This document shows positions 48,373 through 60,364 of a stretch of 64,000 bases of DNA, piece by piece (positions within the stretch are counted from its first letter, which is position 1; each line of letters starts with the position of its first letter). The stretch comes from Chiloscyllium plagiosum (taxonomy: Eukaryota). The notes beneath the pieces were generated by a model. That model did no database searches and was not told where the DNA came from. It saw only the letters and a program-made list of their open reading frames with translations. The stretch lies in contig NC_057749.1 in NCBI RefSeq assembly GCF_004010195.1, positions 23,241,375 to 23,305,374 of the forward strand, in the 5' to 3' direction. Both the position numbers and the translations under genes were made by a program.

Positions 48373-48714
48373 GGATGGCATGGTGGCTGAATGGTTGCCC
48401 ATGCTATCTCACAGCACCAGGGACCTGGGTTCAGTTCCACCCTCAGGTGACTGTGTGGACTTCACATGTTCTCCCTGTGTCTTTGTGGGCTTCCTCTGGG
48501 TGTTCCAGTTTCCTCCCACGGTCTGCAGGTTCGGTGGATTGGCCATGCTAAATTGCTTTGTAATATCCAGGGGCTGTGCAGGTGAGCTGGATTAGCTATG
48601 GTTCACAAATCTTCTGTGGGATTATGGGGACGGAGTGTGTCTGGGTGGGATGCTTTTTGGAGTTCAGTTCAATGGACTGAATGGTCTCTTTCTACACTGT
48701 AGGGATTCTATGAT
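48373..48714 (+). mobile_element. HE1-type V-SINE
   Basis: Head, core and GGGATTCTATGA tail. Confidence 0.8.
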
Positions 48715-50213
48715 TTGTCCTGACAAAGGTTATTATTCTCTCTTGGCCTACTCTCTGAGTAACTAAAATTTGTCATTTCCCAAATACATTGCTCCTAATC
48801 CATGATACACATCACCTCCCCGCCCAACCTAAAGCACACTCCCCCTTGTTGCTCTTCATGGAACAACAGCTTGGGGTTAATATCTTCAAATGGGGGAATG
48901 GTGCTCCTTTTCCTCACTAAATCTCCCTGTGACTCATTCATTGCTTCCATCTGCAGCTTGCCTCCCTTATCCCCACAGAAAGGATGGTCTTAAGCTAGTA
49001 ACGTTTGTTCATTGTTTCTTCATGGGCGACTGGCAAAGCCATATTTGTTGCCCTTGAACGGAGCATAGTTAAGAGTCAACCACTTTGATGTGAGGTATGG
49101 AGTCAAAAGGGGGTGTGCCTTGGTACTTTTTATATCTAAGTCGCAGCTGTAATGGGTGATGCATAAACTTTTCACTGTACTCATTCAGTATATGTGACAG
49201 CAAAGGCTATTGTATTCTATGTAGGCCAGACTGGGTCAGAATAAGAGCCTTCCTCCCCTAAAGGATATTAATAAACTTTCTTTTACAAAAATTGATGATA
49301 GTTGTCATGGACACCATAGCTGAGACTGGCTTTACATTCTAAATTTATTCACTGAATTCAACTTTTACCTGCAGCCATAATGGAATTTGAGCCCAGAGTA
49401 TTCACCTGAGTATCTGAGTTACTAGTCAACTGACCTTACCGCTATGACCCCACTTCCATTGTTTCCCCTACAAGATCCACTGTTGCTTTGGGAAACAGTA
49501 GATATTGTGAGATACAAAGACATGTCAGGCTTTATTCACTGGCCTTCACCTCTTTGAGAGCCCAAGTAAACAGAAGAGAAAAATCATTTGGTGGCGTTCT
49601 GCCAATGGCTGTCACTTTGAACTGCATCTACAAGGTAACAAGTTGTGTATTACTTTGCTGTTATTACATGCGTCAGTGCCTGAATGAGTGAGCAAAGGAT
49701 AATGGAGAAAGAATAATGAATAAAGGATGTCACTATACTTAGAGATTTTGGACTTTTTCCAGAGTCTGTGTCCTGCATTGAGCAGATGAAAGCAAAATGC
49801 TGGAAATCTGAAAGAAAACCAGAGAAATGCTGAAGAAACTCAGCAGGTCTGCAATCATCCATGGACAGAGAAACAATGTTAATGCTTCCAGACAGGGAAA
49901 AGCTATGGAAAATGAAAGGGCACAGAGTTAAGGGAGTCAGTGAAAGAAATGATGGTGAAATGAAGAGAAAGGTTTTTACACAACAAAGGGTTAAGGTTTG
50001 GAATGTACTGTCTGAGGATGCAGAGGAGAAAGCTTTAGTCAAAGCATTCAGCAGGGAACTGGGTTATTATCAGGAAAGGAAGGATATGCAAGGTTGCCAG
50101 GAGAAGGCAAGTGAAGGAGCCCCAGGTAAATTGCCCTATAGGAATGCAAGCATAGACATGATGAGCTGCAGGAGATATTCATTCTCTCCTAGTCAACATG
50201 CATTGCTGTAAAG

Positions 50214-50752
50214 CAGTTCAGGCAACATGTGAGGAGCAGGAGAGGCGATGTTTTGGGCATAAGCCCTTCAACACAGTAGCTCAGTGGTTAGCACTGCTGC
50301 CTCACAGCTCCAGGGCCCTGGATTCGATTCCAGCCTCGGGCGACTGTCTCTGTGGAATTTGCACATTCTCCCCGTGTCTGTGTGGGTTTCGTCCGGGTGC
50401 TCCAGTTTCCTCCCACAATCCAAAGATGTGCAGGTTAGGTGAATGGCCGTGCTAAATTGCCCATAGTGTTCAAGGATGTGTAGGTTAGTTGCATTAGTCA
50501 GTGGTAAATGTAGAGTAATAGGGTAGGGGAATAGGTCTGGGTGGGTTGTTCTTCGGAGGGTCAGTGTGGACTTGTTGGGCTGAAGGACCTGTTTCCACAT
50601 TCTAGGGATTCTTCTAAAAAACCTTCCTGATGAAGAGCTTATGCCTGAAACATCAACCCTCCTGTTCCTCGGATGCTACCTAACCTGCTATGCTTTTCCA
50701 GCACCACATTTTTCGACTCTGATCTCCTGGATCTGCGGTCCTCACTTTCTCT
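50214..50752. mobile_element. Fold-back PLE element, family A, with 17-bp TSD, enclosing an HE1 SINE (50271-50614, +)
   Basis: Minus arm 50214-50270, plus arm ~50624-50752; CATGCATTGCTGT(A/C)AAG at 50197 and 50753. Confidence 0.85.
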
Positions 50753-50779
50753 CATGCATTGCTGTCAAGACACTTACCT

Positions 50780-51357
50780 TATACTATGGCTTTAAAAGGT
50801 GTATTTGGTCCTTTCTTTTATGAAGAAAGGTTGAGACAGAAATGTCATGAACAGCTTGTGAGACTTGGGGGTTTTTTTCTCAATTTGGAACAATAGAAGC
50901 AGCCTGAATGGGTGGGGTCAAGCTCCCACTGAACCAGAATTTTTAGTGTTAAGTTTTCAGTAGCAGTTACTGGGGTCTTGAAGCTAGATTTGGAAGCTGC
51001 TTTTGCTCTCTCTATTACAGCTAAGAGCTGGGGCTCTCTTTCTGCTGCTGGAATTACCTACATGAGAATCTATTTTACTGAATTTGCCTTTGCTAAGGGT
51101 GTGTTTATGGAACAGTTGCTCTTTAGGAGTTAAATCATGTATTATTCTGTTACCTTTTCCAATAGAATTGTTATTCCAATGTCTTCTTTCTTTTGTTGTA
51201 TTTTAACGATAGTGTAGGAATAAAGTGTTTTGCTTCATGCCTGGTAGTTTGACCAATTAAATTGCATCCAGAAAACAACAGCTGGCGCTTGGCTTTAAAA
51301 TAAGAAAGAGTTAGGGTCTAAGCTATATTTTGAGGAGGTTTGGTCTGGTCTGTAACA
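50780..51357 (+). mobile_element. Solo LTR
   Basis: Colinear with 10392-10905; AATAAA at ~51219; ends TGTAACA. Confidence 0.7.
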
Positions 51358-52624
51358 CGTATGGATCTAACTCGCTGGGTCTCCTTTTTCTATTTAACTT
51401 TTCTGAGATCTAAACAACCCAGTCAAAATGGGTCAAAGGTAGAAACCTTGTGAAGTCCGATTGACCCAGATGACCCACATCACAGGTTGCTGAGAGAAGT
51501 AAGAGAGAAAAAAATGAGGCTCTAATCGCTTTGCAATCCTTTCAGGTAGCAACCCCTTTGAAATATTGGAAGGAAGACTTCTTTGTGATGTTTGAAATTA
51601 TAAAGAGGCTAGCCAGGTTGGAGAAGAAAGAACTATATCCCTCAGATGAGAAGTCAACTAAAAAGGAGGGCATTGATTTAAAAGAATTTGTGGTAGGCCT
51701 CGTGAGTCTTTACACTCCGACGATGGTGGGGTCTGAAAAGCTCCTTGAAAAAGCTCCTTGAAAAACTCACCTTGAAAAACTCAGCACTTGGAATGCTGCA
51801 ACCCACAGGGCTGTGGTTCAAAAGCTGATACATGGAATTAGACTTGATAGCTCTTCTATGGCTAGTAGAGACATGATGGGCCTGATGGCCTCCTCCTGAG
51901 CTACTTATCTCCATGGATTCTATAAATTACACCTCAAGGAGGATATGTTGTCTTTTAGAGTGCAAAATGACACTGGGGCCGACGCGGTGATTACATAGAC
52001 TGAGCTTGCACAGCTCACTGCCACCTATTCCGGGATAATTATGGATGTGCAACAAATGATGGCCTTGCCCATGGCCCTCACATCCCAGGACAGAATTAGA
52101 AAAGGCGAGTTTTGAAGATTTAAGGGGAGAACGAATTAAGCTGTTTAAGGTGACTGAAGCATTTCATAAGATACATTGAGAAAAGATCTTGGACGGAGTT
52201 CGGATAAAGAAAGCAAGAATGTTAAAATTGGAGCTTGTCCATTCAGGGCTGATCTCAGGAATGTGGAACTGTTCCCAGTCTTAACAGGTTCTGACCCAAG
52301 AATTACAGAAGTAATGATACCGCCGTCCAATTCTTCCATTAACCATCAACATTCTTTAGCTCCCTTTTGCAACGTAATATACGCCATGCACTAAACAAAC
52401 GGCAATATGGAGTTATTGCTGGAATTTATAGTATACCCATGACTCGTCAGGTGCAGGACTCATTGGTTGACTCGAGTACCTCACTGCAGTTCTAAAATTC
52501 AAAAGTCACTCTCAGTTAAAATCAGTGTCAATTCCAATGTCCTTCAGCAGTACTCATTTCAGATCGGCTAATTGTATAATTGTCCAGATATGAAATTTGG
52601 CTGTTTGGTTGCTAGGTGATGAAA

Positions 52625-53179
52625 ACACACACACACACACACAGACATACACATATGCACGCATACACACACAGACACACACACGCATGCACACACACAG
52701 ACACACACAGACATACACACATGCACGCATACACACACAGACACACACACGCGCACACACACATGCATGCACACACACAGACACACATAGACATACACAC
52801 ATGCATGCACATACACAGACACACACAGACATACACACATCCACGCATACACACAGACACACATGCATACACACACGCGCGCGCACACACGCATGCACAC
52901 ATACACGCATGCGCACACAGTCACATACCCCTCCCCCACACACACACATGCATGCACACACACAGACACACACAGACATACACACATGCACGCATACACA
53001 CACAGACACACACACGCGCACACACATGCATGCACACACACAGACACACACAGACATACACACATGCACGCATACACACACGCACACACATGCGCACACA
53101 CACATGCATGCACACACAGACACACACCCCTCCCCCCACACACACACACACGCATGCACACACACAGATACACACCCCT

Positions 53180-53218
<39 letters not shown>
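52625..53218. repeat. Compound CA-rich satellite with higher-order units
   Basis: Recurring block GCATGCACACACACAGACACACACAGACATACACACATGCACGCATACACACAC. Confidence 0.95.
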
Positions 53219-53635
53219 GTCTTTTTCCAGAGTCGCAAGCCATTCATGAGGCTTTAACCTCTTCTTTGTCCTACTCTGATAAATCTGTCTAACTATATTT
53301 GGAATAAAACTTTTTTCTCAAAGACAGTATTCACAGTGCAGCAGTGCTAATGTTATTGGGCTCTCCATCAAGACCCGGGCTGATGGGTTCAAGGAACTTT
53401 GGAACTGAAGGCTAGTCTCAGGAACAATGGCCATAAAACTATTATCAATGGCATAAAGATCTTTAGTTCACTCGTCCAACAACGTCTGGCCTACATGTGA
53501 CACCAAAGCCTCAACATTATGTTTGAGTCCTAGCTGCAAAGCCACTCAAGGATAGTTAAGGATGGGAAACAATTCTCAGCAATGCCCATATCCCATCAGT
53601 CCCTTCTGTTTCCAATGTTCCAAAGCATGATGGGA

Positions 53636-54518
53636 TAGAATTAGAATAAGGTTTATTGTCACGTATACTCAAGGACAGGAGTAAAAGGAAAAGTGTACAG
53701 TGTCACCATCTTAGGTACAAAGTACCTAGATCCAAGTCATAAGTAGAAAATAGACAAATAAAGAAAAAGAAAGTTACATGGTGTTGCAGTCATTCATTGT
53801 ATAAGTTTGAAGAATAAGAAATAAAGTTAAAAAGATTAACATGGCAGATTTTCAATAAAGGGCCTGTAGTGGATCAAATTGGGGGCTTCCACACATAGTC
53901 TGACTGGGATCGCAAGGCACTGATTTCCCACACCAGTCCCCAGTCTGACAACTGGCCCAGTTCTTCTCCAGGAACGCTGGTCATCTCTGCTCCACTCTGG
54001 GAATGCTAGCATTCCCACTTCGCATCTGGAACTTTGGCCATCCCTGCTCTACACCGGGAACACTGGCTATCCTGCTCCGCTCTGGGAATGCTGGCCATCT
54101 CCACTCCACACCAGGAACACTGGCTGGCCCACTCCCCTCCAGGAATGCTCACTATCCCGCTCTGCACCGGGAATACTGGCCATCCTCCTCCGCACCGGTT
54201 ACACTAGCCATCCCCACTCCGCACCGGGAACACTGCCCACTCTGCACTGGGGATGCTGGCTACCCTGCTCCACGCTGGGAGCACTGGTTATTCTGCTCCA
54301 CTCCAGGAACACTAGACATCCCTGCCATGCTCCAGACCTCCAGCCCGCTTCAATGATGTCATCGCCCCTCCAAGTTTGTTTTAAAACAAAACAAAAAAAA
54401 AAGCCTTGAATAAGGGACAGAAAAGAGAAAAAAGAAGAAAAACCATACAGAATGGATGAGCCCCAGGCTCAGGAGCCTGGAGGCTGCCTACTTCGCCACT
54501 GCCGCCATCTTGGAAGTC
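53636..54518 (-). mobile_element. Non-autonomous element: YY1-like 5' head, internal minisatellite, Rex-Babar-like tail
   Basis: Minus 5' end GACTTCCAAGATGGCGGC; 3' end GTGACAATAAA plus (TTCTAA)n; no RT frame. Confidence 0.55.
53967..54325. repeat. Degenerate minisatellite, ~28-30 bp unit, about 12-13 copies
   Basis: Unit approximately GGAACACTGGCCATCCCRCTCCRCACCG. Confidence 0.85.
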
Positions 54519-54699
54519 AAGCTGGAAGTATTAGTATACAGGGTACTGTGTGTAGAATGATGGTTGGTCTCACCCTGAGGTGCAGTTCGTCTTCCCACAG
54601 GCTCCTCACGATAATGATCTCTTCACACAAAGGGGAATAGAAACCTGGAACTCTCTCCCTTTGAAAACAATCTGTTGATGCTCAGTTGAAAACTTTTTG

Positions 54700-55020
54700 T
54701 TTTATTCATTCATGAGCTGCGAGCATTTATTGCCCATCCCTAATAACCCAGAGGGCTATGGGGTCAACCACATTGCTGTGGGTCTGGAATCACATGTAGG
54801 CCAGACCAAGCAAGGATGGCAGATTTCCTTCCCTGAAGGACATTATTGAACCATTTTCAACAAAAAAAAAACCCATGGCCATCATTCAACTCTTAATTCT
54901 AGAATTTTTTTTATCGAATTCAAATTCTGCCATTTCCCATTGTGAGATTCAAAAGCTTGTCGCGAGAACATCAGTGGGAAGTTCTGGATCAACAATGCAG
55001 TGATAATACCATTAGTCCAT
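54700..55020 (-). mobile_element. tRNA-derived SINE with L2/Crack-like tail
   Basis: Reverse complement resembles 61465-61765 and 9225-9395. Confidence 0.6.
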
Positions 55021-55714
55021 CATGTCCTGTGAATTGGTTGGATATTTCTTGGCAAGGCCATTGGGTAAGTGGACCAAGGCAGGAAGAAGGAGTTGAGGTG
55101 AATGACAGGTTTTGACACAATAGAGAAGATGAACCAGATTTCCTGACATTCCTATGTTCATTAACGGCCAAAACACCAGAAAGGAGCCAGTTTTTCCAGA
55201 CTGTCGCTATGTTCCTACATTTCTTTCCTAATTGATTCAGTAAATGCATAGACTCAAGGTTTAACAGGATGTTAGTGCTGTTTTAATTGGCTGCTCATCA
55301 GCCTTCACCTCCGCTTGTGTAGATCCAATTACATCGCTTGAAAACCTTAATGAAGAAAAAAAAAACATGGAACATGTACAAAGGAGTGCTATTCACCTCC
55401 TCGGGGTTTAATTTGCTCCGAGCTCACTGATCATGTATTCAGTCAGAGTTAACTTTTTATCTGTGTTGGCAAAGTACAGGAGTACCCAGCCTTTCTGAGC
55501 ATTTCCTCATGCTTAGTAGCGGACCAAAAGTGACACCAAAAACTCAGTAACCAGTGCTGCATTATCCTGAATGAATGCAACTTAATCCTGCCAGTGTCAG
55601 CCAGTGTAGCAATCTATTGCAGTCTCCCCGATGTAAATGATGAAATCCTTAATTCCTATTTACTTCCCCTATCTTCTTGTTTGGACTCTGTGTTGCGAAG
55701 ACTGATTGGTAGCT

Positions 55715-55846
55715 TGAGGCGAAAGGGTGGACTGCAGAAGCTGGAGACTAGAGTCAAGAGTGTGGCGCTGGAAAAGCACAGCAGGTCAGGCAGCATCTGA
55801 GGAGCGGGAGAGTCGACATTTCGGGCAGGAGCCCTTCATCAGGAAT
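55715..55846 (-). mobile_element. Solo PLE terminal repeat (132 bp), family A, with 13-bp TSD and near-intact hammerhead
   Basis: Minus strand starts ATTC-CTGATGA-A-GGGC-TCCT-GCCC-GAAATGTC-GACT; CTGATTG(G/A)TAGCT at 55702 and 55847. Confidence 0.85.
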
Positions 55847-55884
55847 CTGATTGATAGCTCTGACTAGTTTCTGTCAGGATTTTC

Positions 55885-56530
55885 TTTTATTCACTCACAG
55901 GATGTGAGTGTCGCTGGCTGGGACTGTATTTATTGCCCTTCTCTAGTTGCCCTGGAGAAGGTGGTGGTGAGCTTCCTTCTTGAACCACTGCAGTGCATTT
56001 GGTGTAAATGGTTAAAAAATCACACAACACCAGGTTATAGTTCAACAGGTCTATTTGAAAGCACTAGCTTTCAGAGTGCTGCACCTTCATCAGATGGTTG
56101 TGGTGTATAAGATCATAAGACACAGAATTTATAGCAAAAGGGTTACAGTGTCACAGAGCTGCAATGATATATTAAACAAATTTAGATTAAGTCTTTCATT
56201 TTTTAGCGTGGGATATGCTAGGTTCAGTTCTTTAATATGTAAATCCCAGGACTTCTTTTAAGTTATATTCTCAAGAGAGCTTTAGCTTTCCGAACAATAA
56301 ATGCCATCTCAGCTCAGACAATGGAGTTGTCTGTAAATGGAACCACAATGCTATTGGAGAGGAATCCAAGGATGTTGACCCAGCGCTGAAGGAACAGCAA
56401 TATTTTTCCAAGTCAGGATGGTGAGTGGTGTAGAAGGGAACTAGGGTGATGTTCCCATGTATCTGCTGCCCTTGTCCTTCTCGGTGGAAGTGGTCGAGGC
56501 TTCAGAAGGTGATTTTTAAGGATCTTTGGT
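55885..56530 (-). mobile_element. L2/Crack-like 3' tail interrupted by a PLE
   Basis: Matches 37950-38220 on both sides of the insert. Confidence 0.65.
56010..56325 (-). mobile_element. PLE family B 3' end with hammerhead motif at 56062-56096
   Basis: Minus CAT-CTGATGA-A-GGTGCAGCACTCT-GAAAGCTA-GTG; TGTAAATGG on both flanks. Confidence 0.8.
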
Positions 56531-56774
56531 GAACCTCTCCAGTGCAAAGTGGTTTTCAACATGTGCTACAGTGAGATGTGAATTGTGTCTCTCCTTTCTA
56601 CCTGACGTCGAATAGCAACAAGGGGGGAAATGAATATCAGAGAGATCAGAAATAACAAAATGTCAAGAACTTAAGGTTCTACTCACACAATGACGCAGTC
56701 CAAACTACAGCATTGCAGACAGAGTGGAATCATTGAATATTTCCAAGCTGAGATTACCTCTACACATACCATGA

Positions 56775-57055
56775 ATAGAATCATAGAGTCGCAGAGGTTT
56801 ACAGCACGGAGACAGGCCTATTGCCAAACTTGCCCATGTGGCGCAGTTTTCGCAAATAAACAAATCCCATTCACCTGCATTTGGTCCATTTCCCTCCATT
56901 GCAATCCCAAACATACTCCTTCCTAAATGGTACTTGCCTCCTCTGGCAGCCCATTCCAGAACCTCACCTCCCTCTGTGTGAAAAAACTGCCCCCTGGCCC
57001 ATTTTGTATCTCTCCCCTCTCACCTGACACCTATGCCCTTCAGTTTGGACTCCCC
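56775..57055 (-). mobile_element. CR1 3' fragment
   Basis: AGAATCATAGAG end; CCCTCTGTGTGAAAAAACTGCCCC. Confidence 0.7.
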
Positions 57056-57434
57056 AAACAATGCCTCTAACTCTGCATGCAGAGTGTGACATGCATTAAC
57101 GAGTTTAAGGAGGAGATAGTTTTTGTTAAGTAGTAACAGGTTAAAGGGTTATGGGGACCTGGCAGGAAAGTGAAGTTGAGGCCGAGATAGGATCAGCCAT
57201 GATTGTGTTCAATGGAGGTTCAGACTCGAGGGGCTGAATGGCCTACTTCTGCAATTAGTTTTTTAATGTTATTATTAAACATACATCACTTGAAACATCA
57301 TTTCAGAGTGGAACAGATGGAAATGTGAGGGTGGTCAGAGCATTAGTTTGCTCGCTATTGAAAGAAGCAGCAAAGGATGAAGCTTTTACAAAAAAACACA
57401 ACTTTTTAAGTTACTGGGTGAGTCAAAATGGTTG

Positions 57435-57737
57435 AAAATGTGTTGCTGGAAAAGCGCAGCAGGTCAGGCAGCATCCAAGGAGCAGGAGAATCGATGTTTC
57501 GGGCATGAGCCCTTCTTCAGGAATGAGGAAAGTGTGCCAGCAGGCTAAGATAAAAGATAGGGAGGAGGGACTTGGGGGAGGGGCGTTGGAAATGCGATAG
57601 GTGGAAGGAGGTTAAGGTGAGGGTGATAAGGTGAGGGTGATAGGCCGGAGTGGGGGTGGGGGGCAGAGAGGTCAGGAAGAAGATTGCAGGTTAGGAAGGT
57701 GGTGATCTTCAGCATCTGCAGTCCTCACTTTCTCCCC
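57435..57737. mobile_element. PLE family A insertion with 5' inversion and perfect 15-bp TSD
   Basis: Minus arm 57435-57704 with hammerhead ~57489-57525; plus-strand terminal 33 nt 57705-57737; GAGTCAAAATGGTTG at 57420 and 57738. Confidence 0.85.
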
Positions 57738-57789
57738 GAGTCAAAATGGTTGTCTATTTTTCACTCTCTGCTGCTGTGGCAATGAAAGG

Positions 57790-59160
57790 GCGTATGAGAC
57801 AGAATTGGAACGTTTCCACTCTCAGTAGCAAAACAACGAAATACCAACAGAATTAATTTTATATCTGCGTATATGAAGATAGTAACCCTGCTGTCAGAGC
57901 TGAGGAAAAAGTATTAGAAGTTGCATTATTAGGCACTGCAGTCTGGCTCTCACCGAGAAGCAGAAATGCCAGACTGCAGAGACTTTCTAGGCTATGAAGA
58001 GACACTGAACGTCATGTTATTTTTACTTATGAATGGTATTTCTTCAAAATCAGAGTTCAAAGGGAGAAGCAGACTGTTGATCTGTATGTGAGTGCCTTGA
58101 TGCATCCTGCTGACTCCTTTGAGTTTGGGTGACTAAAGGATGAAATTGTCAGAGGTAAGATTGTCTCCTGAGATAGGAGGTTCTGTCATGAAACCACATC
58201 TCTCTGAGAGATGAGAAATGCACTCTCAAGGAAGCGAGAGAGTCAATCATCAGCTGAAACGTATTCATGGGAAGACAGGCATTGCATAAATCACAGAGGC
58301 ATTCCAGACTGAATGAGAACTAAAGGTTGGAGAACAGGAAGAAACATTTGCAGAAAAGCCAGCAGAAAGATCAAGGCCAGGCGACAGGATGCAGATATTG
58401 TGGAGGACATCACACAAAAAGAAAGGGACGGAGCCCAGCATGGGAAATGAAGCGGAGGAGCCGGTATGGGGAAAGCAGTGCTCTAACTCTGACAAGCTGA
58501 ATTACACAAATGTCTCGCTAGAAAGAAGCAAAAACAAGCTGGTAACGTTGGCAGTTGGAAGAAATATCAACCGATGATTCTGATAAATCATTTTACACCA
58601 CAGCCTGAGTTGGCATCGTCAGGTCTGAACGTAATGAATAGGTTGGGGAGTCTTAGAAGGCTGACAGCAGAAGGAGAGCATTATAGAATGCCTACAGTGT
58701 GGAAGCAGGCCATTCAGCCCACACTGAGCCTCCAAAGAGCATCCCAGCCTATCCCTTGTAACCCTGCATTTCCTATGGCTAATCCACCAAACATACACAT
58801 CCCTGGACACTGTGGGCAATTTAGCATGGCCAATCCACATGCACATCTTTGTACTGTGGGAGGAAACCGGAGCAAACCCACGCAGACACAGGAAAAACGT
58901 TCAAACTCCACACAGACAGACAGACCTGGGTCCCTGCACTGTGAGGCAGCAGTGCTAACCACTGAGGCACCATGCTAACCTCTGTGCAGTATGATTGATG
59001 GACACCAGTGCTTTGTGCAACATTCAGAGCTTTGCAGAGCAGTATGAAATCAATCGAGCCGGTGACCAAATAAACAGTGAATTCCTTCACCATGAGGCTG
59101 AGTCTGTACTGACTCTAAGACAACATTGACAAGCCAGTGGAGTTTCAGGACAAGGAAGTG
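57790..59160 (+). pseudogene. Ty3/Gypsy gag-protease relic split by an HE1 SINE
   Basis: 58028-58165 YEWYFFKIRVQREKQTVDLYVSALMHPADSFEFG*LKDEIVRGKIV; zinc-knuckle remnants CRYCGGHH (58390) and WGKQCSNSDKLN; protease-like MDTSALCNI (58998). Confidence 0.7.
58681..58976 (-). mobile_element. HE1-type V-SINE
   Basis: Matches other copies. Confidence 0.85.
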
Positions 59161-59219
59161 AGAGGTGGTGCACTTTCTTCAGAAATACATTGCAAGACAA
59201 TATAAAATAGTGGATCGAA

Positions 59220-59670
59220 TTCTACAGGATAGGCAGGAGCATAGGGGCTCACACATTGTTGAAGGTGGCAGGAGAGAGCAGTTAATGAAGCATACAGCTT
59301 TGTAAATCAGGGCAGAGAACGAGAGCAAGGAAGTGATGTTGAACTTGTACAAGACAATTGTTAGACCTCAGCTGGAGTGCTGAGTACAATTGTGAGTCCA
59401 TATTGTCAGAAAGATGTAAATACATTGGAGAGAGTACAGAAGTGATTTACATGGATGGTTACAGGCGTGAGAAACTTCAACGATGAGGGTAGACTGAAGA
59501 AGTTGAGACTGTTCTCCTTGGAGAAAAGGCTGAGAGGAAACTCGATCGTTTCATGCAAGATCATGGGCAGAATAGATAGGGAGAAGCTGACGAAAGGAAT
59601 AAGAATGCAAGAGCATATATTCAAATGATGTGCAAATGAAATAAAGGCGATGTGAGAAAAAGCTTCCTCA
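59220..59670 (+). mobile_element. Decayed CR1 3' part
   Basis: GTTAGACCTCAGCTGGAG (VRPQLE), CATTGGAGAGAGTACAG, TTCTCCTTGGAG. Confidence 0.7.
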
Positions 59671-60058
59671 AAGTGGGAGGATAACGCCCTCCCGCTGCAC
59701 ACCACTCTGTAACCATTTTGGTTGGCTGACGGAGGGACAGGACATTCTCAGGGATGGTGATGTCTGAACATTTTCTGTAAGGTATATTTTCACAAGTTCT
59801 ACTACTTCAAGCTATTCCTTGACCAGTACAACTGTTCTCATTGCTAGATGTGGCAGCGACTGATGGACAGTTGCCCACTTGATTCCAATTGACTTTAATT
59901 GTGCCAGGGCTCCTTCATGACAGACTAGGTTATCTGTTGCCTTGAAGCCAAGAGCAACCTTTGCCACATTACCTCCCAACGGTTAGTGTTATTACTGCTT
60001 TCCCAGGCCATAATAATTATGAGCTGGGAGGGAACCAACAGTTGGCTGATGGACAGGA

Positions 60059-60362
60059 GTTAGCACTGCTGCCTCACAGTGTCAGAAACCTGGGTTCAAT
60101 TCTAGCCTTGGGTGACTGCCTGGGTGGAGGTTGCACATTCTCCCTATGTCTGTATGGGTTTGCTCCGGTTTCCTCCTATTGTCCAGAGATGTGCATGTTA
60201 CATGGATTGGCCATGCTAAATTGTTCACAGTGTCCAAGGATGTGTGTGTTGTTGGGTTAGCTGTGGGATTGTGGAGGGGAGGTCTAGGTGCAATGCTCTT
60301 CAGAGGCTTGCTGTTGAACCAGTAGATTGAATGGCCTCTTCCTGCACTGTGTTGGGATTCTA
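60059..60362 (+). mobile_element. HE1-type V-SINE
   Basis: TTAGCACTGCTGCCTCACAG head, core and tail. Confidence 0.8.
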
Positions 60363-60364
60363 AA

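Noticed and set aside
51735..51785. Short tandem repeat of approximately GAAAAAGCTCCTT, 3-4 copies
   Set aside because: Simple slippage inside a decayed CR1-like tail.
52554..53292. Longest ORFs in the window (213-231 aa, His/Thr or Cys/Val rich), and 47718-48176
   Set aside because: Translations of CA-rich satellites that lack stops in all frames; no coding evidence.
53967..54325. Regularly spaced ~29-bp repeats resembling a CRISPR array
   Set aside because: Contiguous degenerate tandem units without unique spacers, no cas genes, vertebrate context.
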